Shown: positions 53,746 to 64,000 of the stretch, piece by piece
How the letters are laid out: each line of letters opens with the position of its first letter
Numbering within the stretch: the first letter of the stretch is position 1
Assembly (NCBI RefSeq): GCF_035594765.1
Contig: NC_085842.1
Location: forward strand, 305,769,749-305,833,748
From: Anolis carolinensis
Taxonomy: Eukaryota
Length of the DNA stretch: 64,000 nt
Reading direction: 5' to 3'
Notes under the pieces: model-generated
Database searches by the model: none
Seen by the model: the letters and a program-made list of their open reading frames with translations, nothing else
Told to the model about the DNA's origin: nothing
Position numbers and translations under genes: made by a program

Positions 53746-54146
53746 ATGACACAGCAAACAAAATAGATATGCTGGATTTCGTATCACAAAATCACAAGTC
53801 AAACACTTCCCAAGTGTCTAGGACTGTGTGATGTATTTCGAATGATGCGCGCATATCCCAGTAAGGTGGCCTTTTGCAGTTGGCAGATCGTGATTTTGTC
53901 AATGTCTATTGTTTCCAAATGCCGGCTGAGATCTTTTGGCACGGCACCCAGTGTGCCCATCACCACCGGGACCACTTGCACTGGTTTCTGCCAGAGTCTT
54001 TGAAGTTCAATCTCAAGATCCTGATAGTGGCTGAGTTTTTCCTGCTGTTTTTCGTCAATGCAACTGTCACCTGGGATGGCAACATCAATGATCCAAACCT
54101 TTTTCTTTTCCACAACTGTGATGTCTGGTGTGTTGTGTTTCAGAAC

Positions 54147-54148
<2 letters not shown>
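53746..54148 (-). mobile_element. R4/Dong-clade element 3' fragment
   Basis: ORF 53799-54113 encodes the RLE domain; sits in the microsatellite tail of the L2. Confidence 0.85.
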
Positions 54149-54187
<39 letters not shown>

Positions 54188-55167
54188 GGTCTTTGGTATC
54201 TGTTGAGGTTTATTTCCAGGACTTTCCATGAACATCAAAATATTTTAATATATATTTTATTTTATTTTTAATATTTAAAAATATTTTCTAGCTATGAATT
54301 GTTGAATCTGTGGATGCTGAATCTATGGATATGACATGCTGATGGTTTTGTTTTCTTACCAATCTCTAGATGGAGATGGGTAATGAAGGTGGAAAGAGCA
54401 GCCTTAGTGCTGAAAACTTTAACATCTCAAAGATCTTTAAGACCCTTCTGTGCCTGGGTCCCAAAATGTCATTCAGGAAGGACTATGAGGCAGAACAGGA
54501 GGTACAGCCACAAGCAGGAAAGCACTTGCCATATTTTGGTGAAGGCAAACATCCAGGTAATCTTATTAGACCTGTTTTTTTCAGGCTGGCCAAAGGTCTT
54601 AATTCATGTGGCAGAAGTCTCTTTTAAAAGGGTGTGCTGTACTTTCATATATTTTTAAGCATTTTACCTTTTTATTTCTAATACTTCGTAGAATTGTTTG
54701 TTTTTTAAACTTGTAGTAATAGATTTTTATTGAACTTTGTTATAATTTAAGATGTTCTTCTTCTCTGCTGGGATATAAATTGAATGAATAAATGAATGAC
54801 ATAATGGCTCTCACAACCTCAATTCATTGTGACCTTGCGTTATGCAGAATGAGAGCAATTCAATAAAGGCAGCACTGCCTTTACTCTTAGTTTGCGACAC
54901 CTACTCATTCCACAATTCTTGATAATCTGTGGCTATTTTCTGATTAAGAAAGAAGCCTCACAAGGAAAAACAAAAGAACACTGAAAGAACGCTGGCAAAA
55001 ATGAATAAACAGTAATTTTGCACATACACTAATCTAACTTTTTTTTTTGAGGAAGGAACCCACTTTTCACATTGAAAATATTCACCCAAGTACCTTTGTT
55101 ACAGCCTTCATCTGTTTCTTGAAATTGAGGTACCCCTTGATGTACATTCACATGTTCTTCTGAGTCA

Positions 55168-55468
55168 GTAAAGATAAAGGTTTCACCTGACGTTAAGTCT
55201 AGTCGTGTCCGACTCCGGCGGTTGGTGGTCATTTCCATTTCTAAACTAAAGAGCCAGCGTTGTCCGTAGACACCTCCAAGGTCATGTGCCCTTACCTTCC
55301 TGCCAGAGCGGTGTCTGTTGATCTACTCACATTTGCATGTATTTGAACTGCGAGGTTAGCAGAAGCTGGGGCTAACAGCGAAAGCTCATCCTGCTCCCCA
55401 GATTTGAACCGCCAACCTTTTGGTCAGCAAGTTCAGCAGCTCAGTGGTTTAACCCACTGCTCCACCAG
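55168..55468 (-). mobile_element. Sauria SINE
   Basis: Reverse homologue of 23607-23942 with an internal deletion. Confidence 0.85.
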
Positions 55469-56961
55469 ATCAGTCAATCCCTTTAAAAAAGCCAGTAGAC
55501 ATTGTTTGTTTGTTCCTCTGTCCTGACCCACTTCTTTCTAGGTCTGTAAGTTAATACATTCCAATGCAATGGGAAAGAAAAAATATATTGTGATTCTGGA
55601 AAATACTTTTCATATCCATAGAGGCAGAAAGTAGATTTCTGAAATGTTTTCTTATGTATCAAATCTATCCAAACCATTTCCACAGTGGGAATATGCAAAT
55701 GGTACATAGCTGTAACTGTTCCAGAAAAAATAACTGTGGTTGGGCTGAAACAGCAGGATTGAGGGTGGGAAAAACATGGAATACGTTTCTTCTTTTTAGA
55801 CGTCTACCGAGTTGGAATGGACGAAGACCAGGGGAAATGCATTGCTTCTTTGTAAATTCAGCCTTTCGTATCTAAGAAAAAATTCTAAGTAATCTTCTCG
55901 AATTATCCTGCACATCACCATCATCTTCATTGTTATTACAGTGGGTCCTCCACATTTGAGAGATCCAGATCTGCGATTTCCAGTAATGGCAGATTGCTGT
56001 GCCCATATTAGTAATTGGTTCTCATCCTAAGGGTCCCCAGGTGTTTTGGCTTTCAACTCCCAGAAATCCTAACAACTGGTAAACTGCCTGAGATTTCTTA
56101 GAATTGAAAGCCAAAACACCTGGGGAGCCACAGGTTGAGAAACTATATCTGGCTACTGCTATTGCCTTGATATCCAAGATGCTCATTTGGGTCCAAAAGT
56201 ATTCCTAAACTGCAAATTTGCATTTTGAAGTAAAGGACTAAAAAAGTCAGACACAACACAACATCATTTCTGGTTCAAATACTTTTTTTCTTTTGCAAAA
56301 AGTACACCTTCCTTTCTGGATTTATTAGTCTTCATCCAGGCTTTCCCAGCACTGATTCAGAACTTCAGCAGTTTTTCTGGAATTAGATGGAAAGGAGAGA
56401 AAGAGCTGGGAGTCATCAACATACTTGGCATTTTGCTGACTCATTGAGACACATGTGGAATGAACTGAATGATCCACTATACACACATCTTTGTGCTTTC
56501 CAAAGGTTCAATATGAAGAAATTCAGTATCAAAAAGGCCTTAATTAAAATAAACACCTGAAGATCCCAGTGTAGTCTCTGAGTCTGCCTTAGTGAACTTG
56601 GTCAAAGTCACACAAACTAGAATAACAAGGATGAAAAGTGTTATATAATTTGGACTTTGTCAAATTAGTATTCCCCCTCTTTCCCCCTAGTTTACACATG
56701 ATACCAAATTTCTGATATGATGACACAAAGCAGATGTTACTATGGTGATTGAGGATATGAAACATTGTATATGCATTTGTTACAGTTTTCCTGCTACCTT
56801 GTGTCCAGAATGTCGAATTGAATGGTTTGATTTATCAATAAAAAAGTTTTCAAAAGATAGAAAAATATGCAGAATGGGAATATATGTAAAATAATGCCAT
56901 ATTTGAAGTCAAATTTAGAATTATTAATTTTAAAAGACAACATCTCACCTCTGTTTATTTA

Positions 56962-57358
56962 CCATATATACTCTATTATAAGCTGACCTGAATATAAGCA
57001 GAGGCACCTCATTTTACCACGAAAAAACTAGGAAAACTTACTGACTTGAGTATAAGACAAGGGTGGGAAATGCAACAACTACTGGTAAATTTCAAAAATA
57101 AAAATAGATAGCAATAAACTACATTAATTGAGGCATCAATAGGTTAAATGTTTTTGACTATTTGCATGAAACTGTAATTTAAGATAATAATAAGACTTTA
57201 ATAAGATAAGACTGTCCAACTCTGATTACCTATATACTCAAGTATAAGCCAACCCAAATATAAGACGGCCTGGTCCCTCACTTGAGTATAAGCCGAGGGG
57301 GGCTTTTTCAACCCTTAAAAAAAGGCTGAAAACTTGGCTTATACTCGAGTATATGTGG
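56962..57358. mobile_element. pogo/Tigger-type MITE
   Basis: TIR ccatatatactc...gagtatatgtgg with TA flanks and internal tataagcc repeats. Confidence 0.75.
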
Positions 57359-58926
57359 TAATTTAGTGTTAGAGGTGTAGCGTTTAGTGTTTCAGTGTAT
57401 TCTACCCCAATCTTTCATCTTCTGTTAGTTGTACAAACATGTATACTTGATTCTCTGTACAGTCTGATTGTTGCTTAATGTTGTCTAAACTTATTCGTTT
57501 AACAATAATAATAGTAATAATAAAATAATATAGAAAAAACTGGCTAATGTTTGATATTTTCAGAGTTGTGTCTCCTTTGCCTATGATAGTGCTTTTGATG
57601 TGAAATGCAGTGAGCTAATGAGAATCCATCTTTCTTCAGTATAGATTGCTAATTTAACTTTTAAAGGTTATAAAAAAAACTTTTAAAATATCTTTGAAGA
57701 TTTCTTTTTTGGAGAGAGAGTCAATTAGGATATAGAAACACTGTCTTCATGTGAATCTGGGGAAGGATACATTGTCTAGGACCTTGGGGTATGGCTTCTA
57801 TGAGACAAAGCAAAAGCTGATGATTGGTATGTAGGTTCTTAAATCTCTTTCTTTTTCTTGTCTGAAAGTTAGTCTCTTCAGAAAGAAGAATTTTGCTTGT
57901 CTTTTAAAATGACTTGCATACATCAATCACCATGAACATTTTGCTTATTTTAGCATTCCCCCCAAAAAAATCATATCATAAATCTGCACTGAGGTCTTTG
58001 AACTGTTTTTATTTTTGGCCAGATTAGAATATATATACATATAAAATATTTTGGCCTTGAAGAATGTCTGTGCTTCGCAGTTACATTGTCAGCAATTTTG
58101 TACTGTTTATAAATAATGGCATCAAGACCTGAACACTTACGAGGTGGTGGAAATTTAGAGTGGATTTGCATGCCTCTCTTTGACAGTTTCAAAAGATATT
58201 TCATAACCTCAGTCTCATTTGTTCAAGATCTGCCAGAGGAAAGTTTTTGGATTGCAATGTCTGGTGTTTGTATGATTCCTCCTCCCGTTCCTTTTTCTAG
58301 GGGCCCCCCTAGGGGCCTGACTGTAGGGTACCTTAAGCAAGCTACTAGTTATTAGAAAGCTCGACTTTTTATTTTTACTGCAGTATAGCTTTAGTACGCA
58401 GCAGCTTTTTCGTGGCACTGGTGAATAGAGATGGTGCTTTAATAATCTTTCTTTAAAACAACTCTTTAGGTTCATGCATTCCTCATGGAATTTTACAAGC
58501 ATCTGTAAAATCATAAATTTATTGAACAATATGATACAACTAGAAATGGAAGAGTTTGCGTATTTCATTCTCTCATGTCAGAATGAGTACTTTTGTATGT
58601 TCCTTCTTGCCGGGTGAAATTACAAAAACATTTACATCTTTTCTTAAAAAAAATTAGCACTGGAAAACTTTGCAAAAATCCATTTACGCAAATATACTAG
58701 TTCTTTGCTCTAAACTAGAGTTTTTAGATATATAAGTATTTTATTTTGAGCAAAGTACACATGGTTTTCCATCATTTTCTTTGCCTTAGAATTCCATCAA
58801 AATGAAAAATCTTCTTCCAGTTGATCTGTTTCTCATTCGGATGAAAAGATGTATGTTTTGAGATGGAGTGTCATGATTCGTTGAGGCATCCTTTCTTCTT
58901 GTGGACCAAACATTTTGTGAGCATCA

Positions 58927-59714
58927 GGTTGCTGTAAGTCTTCCGGGCTGTATGGCCATGTTCCAGAAGCATTCTCTCCTGATGTGTAGCCCACATCTAT
59001 GGCAAGCATCCTCAGAGGTTGTGAGGTCTGTTGGAAATTAGTCAAGTCGGGTTTATATATATGTGGAGTGTCCAGGTTGGGAGAAAGAACTCTTGACTGT
59101 TGAAGGCAAGTGTGAATGTTGCAATTGGCCACCTTGGTTAGCATTGAGTAGCCTTGCAGCTTCACAGCTTGGCTGCTTCTTGCCTGGGGAGATTCTTTGT
59201 TGGGAGGTGTTAGCTGGACCTGATTGTTTCCTGTCTGGAATTCTCCTGTTTTCTGAGTGTTGTTCTTTATTTAATGTCCTGAATTTAGAATTTTTTAATA
59301 CTGGTAGCCAGATGTTGTTCATTTTCGTGGTTTCCTCCTTTCTGTTGGAATTGTCCACATGCTTGTGGATTTCAGTGGCTTCTCTGTGTAGTCTGACATG
59401 GTAGTTATTGGAGTGGTCCAGCATTTCTGTTTTCGCAAATAATATGCTGTGTCCATGTTGGTTCATCAAGTGCTCTGCTATGGCTGACTTCTCTGGTTGA
59501 ATTAGTCTGCAGTGCCTTTCATGTTCCTTGATTCGTGTTTGGGCAATGTGGCATTTGGTGATCCCTATGTAGACTTGTCCACAACTGCAAAGGTATACGG
59601 TAGGCTCCAGAGGTGAGAGGATCCCTTTTGTCCCTTGCTGAACGTAGCATTTGTTGGATTTTCTTAGTGGGTCTGTAGATAGTTTGTAGGTTGTAAAAGC
59701 CTTCTACAACACAT
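58927..59714 (-). mobile_element. Penelope-like element, GIY-YIG endonuclease C-terminus plus terminal repeat
   Basis: CSCGQVYIG...TRIKEHERHCRL...SAIAEHLMNQHGH...REATEIHKH. A short inverted terminal piece aaagccttctacaacacat lies at 59696-59714. Confidence 0.9.
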
Positions 59715-59959
59715 CAGTTACAACCTTCACTGAAATACTGCTGAATTTACTCATCCCATTTTGGAGAGTGGGGACCAATTATATTCTGTTTAATCATGTT
59801 GTGATGAATTCTGATATACATTGTGACAGTTACACCCATAAAGGAAATCCAAAAACTCAGCCAACTATGCTGATCAATATCAGTAAATCATCCCAGGCAG
59901 TTTTTATCTCTCCCAGGAATGGTTCTTTAGTAAAGCCAACATTTCTTAATTGGCCTTTC

Positions 59960-61065
59960 AAGATCAAGCCACCACAAAATAAAGGATGAGTAGATTCCAA
60001 CAATATATTGCTATTGGGAAAGATCCACTTCCCAGCATCATCTACTTTGAAGATCGTAGATACACTCAGAGCAAGCAAACCTTAATAGGATGGAATTTAT
60101 CAAACAGTCCTAGCACTTCAACCCTGTCAGACCTGGGTTAACTATAGTATGAATGCAATTGTGGTTAGGTGCGTGCCAGATGGGAAAATTCAAGCATCTG
60201 TAATTCCAACCTCATTCAGAATGGAGAGGAACTTATTACAAAGATACTTCGCATACTTGCTAGACAATACCAACAGCATTCACCAATTTATCCAGTAAAC
60301 AAGACGAACCAAAGAAAGTGATGATATACTTGTGTTATGAAACGTGTTTAGCATTAATGACATATAGTCAAACACAATAAAGGCTGTAATGATGAGATGA
60401 ATGTAGCCACAAGAATGCTTTTGGAATATAAAAAGGACTCTTCAATCCTTAGACCACTGTGCATGTTAATGTACAGCTTGGGACATCTGCAACAAATGCA
60501 CTGATCTAATCAGCCGTGATTTTGGAGCACATACAATCCCGGACTCCAATTCTTGATTGAATCTTGTTGTGGGTTCTGGAGGACATAGCATCCCACTCAG
60601 ATTCTGACAGCAGACTGATCCAATTATGGGTCTCCAGTCACCTGTTTTGGATTATCCTTCGTTATGGGATGACTTATCTTTGGTGACCATCAGTCCTCAG
60701 TTTATTGAGGTTTCACCCTGCTAACCGCTTTGAGCTAGTGGTTTACTTATTTTGGCTCTTCTTACTTACTGAGTGAACTTTTATATGGCGGTTACTTGCA
60801 CTGGATTCATCTTTTGTTTCCCAGTAATTTATCTTTTTGAAAGAGAAGACATAGCATTTTTTTCATTCTGGGTATCTATAGCATTAAGGCTGCAATTCAT
60901 AATTAGCCCAGTAAATGCTTTCCTACACTCCACTGCCAGTTAATTGCCACCACTGGTGGTTCCAAGGTCATCAAGGGTGGAGACACAGCAATGAATCCTG
61001 TCTTGGCTTTAATATTTAATATTAAATAAGATATCAAAATTTCCAAACCAACTTTGAGTATAGAT
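59960..61065 (+). pseudogene. Endogenous bornavirus-like nucleoprotein element (EBLN), frameshifted and stop-ridden
   Basis: Collinear blocks resembling Borna disease virus N (recalled from memory): RFQQYIAIGKDPLPSI..D.R vs [26 protein letters not shown] vs [8 protein letters not shown]; ILTAD vs LLTTD; KCFPTL vs RSFPNL. Confidence 0.78.
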
Positions 61066-61181
61066 CACAGCACCTAGGATAGCTCCTTTGAAGTTAGAAC
61101 TTGAACCAGGAATGGATTCAAGAGTCCATGGCTATTGCTAGTTTCCATGAATGGCCATATGACAACAGTGTGAGGCTACAT

Positions 61182-61287
61182 CAGGCATGGGCCAACTTTG
61201 GCCCTCCGGGTGTTTTGGACTTCAACTTCCACAATTGTGGGAGTTGAAGTCCAAAACACCCGGAGGGCCAAAGTTGGCCCATGCCTC
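61182..61287. mobile_element. hAT MITE, nearly perfect palindrome
   Basis: caggcatgggccaactttggccctcc...ggagggccaaagttggcccatgcct centred on caattg. Confidence 0.85.
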
Positions 61288-61727
61288 CTATTGAGGTCTT
61301 TAAACAGAAGCAGGATGGTAATCTGTTGTGAATTATGTATTCTTGCATGGCAAGGGGTCAGACTCAGTCTAGATGGCTATTGTGGGTCACAGTCCTGGGA
61401 GAAAGGCAGGATATAATTAAATAAGGCTTTACTAGACTTAAATGAATTTTTTTGCCCAATTATTTAGGGCTAGGTTTCACTGGTGGTTAATTTCAAATCA
61501 AAATGCACAGGCACAGGTTGCTAATCGACTAGTGCTGTTGACATTCAGTGTTTGATCTCCACTTGGCAAATCAGGCACACTGTTTTTTGTCCTAACTGGA
61601 GGAAGTGCTTTAAAAAGCTCCATTCAATTTCAGATTTAACAATAAGGCCTAGAAAAACTGTGATTTGAATTCAACATCCAGCAAGGAAATTTGCTATACA
61701 GGCTGTAAACCTATGCAAAGTGTAGTC

Positions 61728-62094
61728 TTTTTTTTTTTTTTTAATTGTTTTTATTGTTGTTTTGTCGTTTTATCCCCTCCCACCCTCCCCTCCTTGTACA
61801 TACACTTTATACAACAAACTACAGAAGTTACATTTGAAATATCAATCTCAATCTTAATTTTTCCACTCCACATCTTAGTACGTTCTCTAAATAGTTCTTA
61901 ACTGGTTCCCACATCCCCTTGAATATTGCAATATTTTCAATTTTATCTATATTATTCCATTTGCAATTTGTGATTTCTACATTTAACATATCAACTATAT
62001 ACTTGTACCAATTCGTCAGAGTCCATTTTGTTTTATCTTTCCAACCCCTCACTAAAACGATTTGTGCACATGCTATTAATTTGTCAATCATTTT
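61728..62094 (-). mobile_element. L1/Tx1-type LINE 3' end with poly(A)
   Basis: ORF2 C-terminal-like peptide (AQIVLVRGWK...W...MWEP); poly(T) on +; perfect 20-bp TSD aacctatgcaaagtgtagtc at 61708-61727 and 62095-62114. Confidence 0.85.
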
Positions 62095-62874
62095 AACCTA
62101 TGCAAAGTGTAGTCAGTCTGGGAGAAAGAGGAACTACATGGTTCTCACTTTTTACTCTCTACTCCCTTGGCCACTGATGCTCACATATTTGAATATTGAA
62201 GCTATACATTGAGGAGTATGAAAAGCATTTTGATTTTAGGCACCACCTGTTTTATTTCAGGACATAGTTGCATGATTATGAAAGTTTGCATACCAGTTGT
62301 GAGATGTTCTCTCACACAACTCAGGTAGAGCAGTTAAATTCATATGAGTGCTTAGGAATATATTTCCATATTGGTCTTTTTGAGGGTAAAATCCAACAAA
62401 CTTGAGATATTCATCAGATATATTTTAAATCAAGGATTTTTTTATTGCATATGCTGGACATTGAACAGATCCCATCCTCAAAGGCATTAATCTTCACAGG
62501 TATGGCAATAGGAATGTCCCTCTTCAAATGTAGCAACACGTAGTCTGCTGGCCTTATTCTTATCAAGATTTGGCATAATTGCTAATCGTGGTTCATGTAG
62601 ACCTCCATATGATATTGATGGCCCAGACCCAAACTCTACATTGTGTTCATGAACAGTCTTGACAAGATGAGATAACTCACCTTAATAAACAAGCTGTTCA
62701 GTTGAACATCTTTATGTATGTACATAGAGCTGGCTCAGATGCAGTCCAAGAAGAAATGAATCACATGCAAGGAGACATGTGGGATATAAGTTAAATACGT
62801 AATGAAGGAATTGAATTTTATTTTAATCTGTTACCATATGTGTTGGAGATAGAAATTCATCTGGAGTATCTTTT

Positions 62875-63764
62875 TGTCAGGACCCAGGCTGCAGAGCACC
62901 AATAACCATGCACGGAGACCAGAATCTATCTAATATCTTTATTAAAGGAATATATAAAGTCAATAAAAACAAGTGAAGAATAAAGTTCAGAAGTAGAGCT
63001 TTCAGGAAAGGTCAAATATAGTCCAGGAAAACAATGTCCAATATGTGATATTAGAGTCCAAAGTTATAATCCAATAACCGAAACACACACTTTGCCAGGC
63101 AAGGTGTGGGGAAATGACAGGGTCCTTTAGTCCAATGAAGCTTGACACAAGGCTGGAAGCAAACTAGATTCTTGGCAACAAGGCTTGATACGTGGCTACA
63201 AAGACAATAAGCAAGAACAGGGTCCGTGGCGAGGTCCGTGGAACAAGGAGAGCTTGATGCTAGAACAAGGTCCGTGAAACAAGGCTTGGAACTTGGTCCT
63301 GGAGGCAAGGGAATGGAGTAGCGTAGTCCACACACGATCTCACTCCACAAGGTGATGAATTGACTCCGCAAGGATTTCTTTGCGGGCAAACACCTATATA
63401 GGATCTTGTTTTCCCGCCAAGGAACACTTTCTCTGGGGAACAAGAAACGAAACCCATACTGTGTCCAGATGCACGACTCCTTAAAGTTTCCCAAGGGAAA
63501 CAGACTTAATCAGCTAATTGTCTGGCAGCTATCCTGGCGCTCCTGCGAGTCGCCTCCCGAGCGCTTCTATCTTGATTATAATAATCCCGGTGAGAAAATG
63601 GGGGAGATTTCTGCTCAAGGCTTGTTTGGCTGACTTCTGGTGGGCAAACATCTTGCAGGTGCAAGGGCTCCAATTCTGGCTGAAATGGTGGGAAACCCAA
63701 GTTTTCCTCTTCATCTGCCACCATAGTACTGGGAACGGGACTACATGGCCCATGAGTCATCACA
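62875..63764 (-). mobile_element. Solo LTR (Gypsy-like, 890 bp)
   Basis: TGT...ACA termini; perfect 5-bp TSD ctttt; minus-strand TATA near 63396 and AATAAA near 62940. Confidence 0.85.
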
Positions 63765-63839
63765 CTTTTAGAATATCTTTAAAACTTGTAATACATGTTT
63801 TACGTCCATCTGAAATATGTATTCCTTACTTAGGAAATA

Positions 63840-64000
63840 CAGTAGAGTCTTGCTTAACCAACCTTCACTTATCCAACGTTCTGGATTATCCAACACAGCC
63901 AGCCTTCCACCCAGATCCACAGCTATTTCTTTAGGCAGCAAGGATTGATGTTTTTACGGATTTAACTTCCAACAATGTTGTTACTGCAAGTTTATTTTAT
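63840..64000. mobile_element. Tc1/mariner-type MITE, left part
   Basis: TA followed by cagtagagtct..., related to 21384-21703; runs off the window edge. Confidence 0.75.

Noticed and set aside
59715-60990. Apparent matches of the viral-like region to bornavirus L (FEDR, SKQTL, IYQTV, LSLVT), M or G
   Set aside because: These need large deletions that remove exactly the most conserved polymerase motifs. The N alignment is collinear with correct spacing, so I treat the others as chance short matches.
62400-62800. Further viral remnant downstream of the EBLN (minus-strand PSISYGG..RL)
   Set aside because: A single weak motif on the opposite strand; not supportable without a search.

Overview
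Vertebrate genomic DNA, most likely an anole lizard (inferred from the repeat families: Sauria SINE, L2-tailed Anolis-type SINE, Vingi, R4/Dong, Penelope). The one host gene is CCBE1 on the + strand: CpG-rich promoter at about 22.3-23.2 kb, coding exon 1 at 23008-23135, exon 2 at 24964-25044, then a long intron 2 that runs out of the window. The rest is a dense mosaic of mobile elements: LINEs (CR1, L2, L1, RTE/BovB, Vingi, R4, Penelope), SINEs, hAT, Tc1/pogo, Harbinger-like and Kolobok-like MITEs, and three solo LTRs. Main observations: (1) a degraded, near full-length endogenous bornavirus-like nucleoprotein (EBLN) at about 59.96-61.07 kb in CCBE1 intron 2, missed by the ORF track; (2) two unrelated solo LTRs that each open with an acidic reading frame ending in an RRSxR-type motif; (3) a SINE plus its unique flank copied 11 kb, inverted, to just upstream of the CCBE1 promoter; (4) a CR1 5' end with a 267-bp tandem-monomer UTR; (5) Penelope hammerhead ribozyme relics; (6) R4 elements nested in the microsatellite tails of L2-type elements. 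All homology calls were made by eye against remembered reference sequences; no database search was run.
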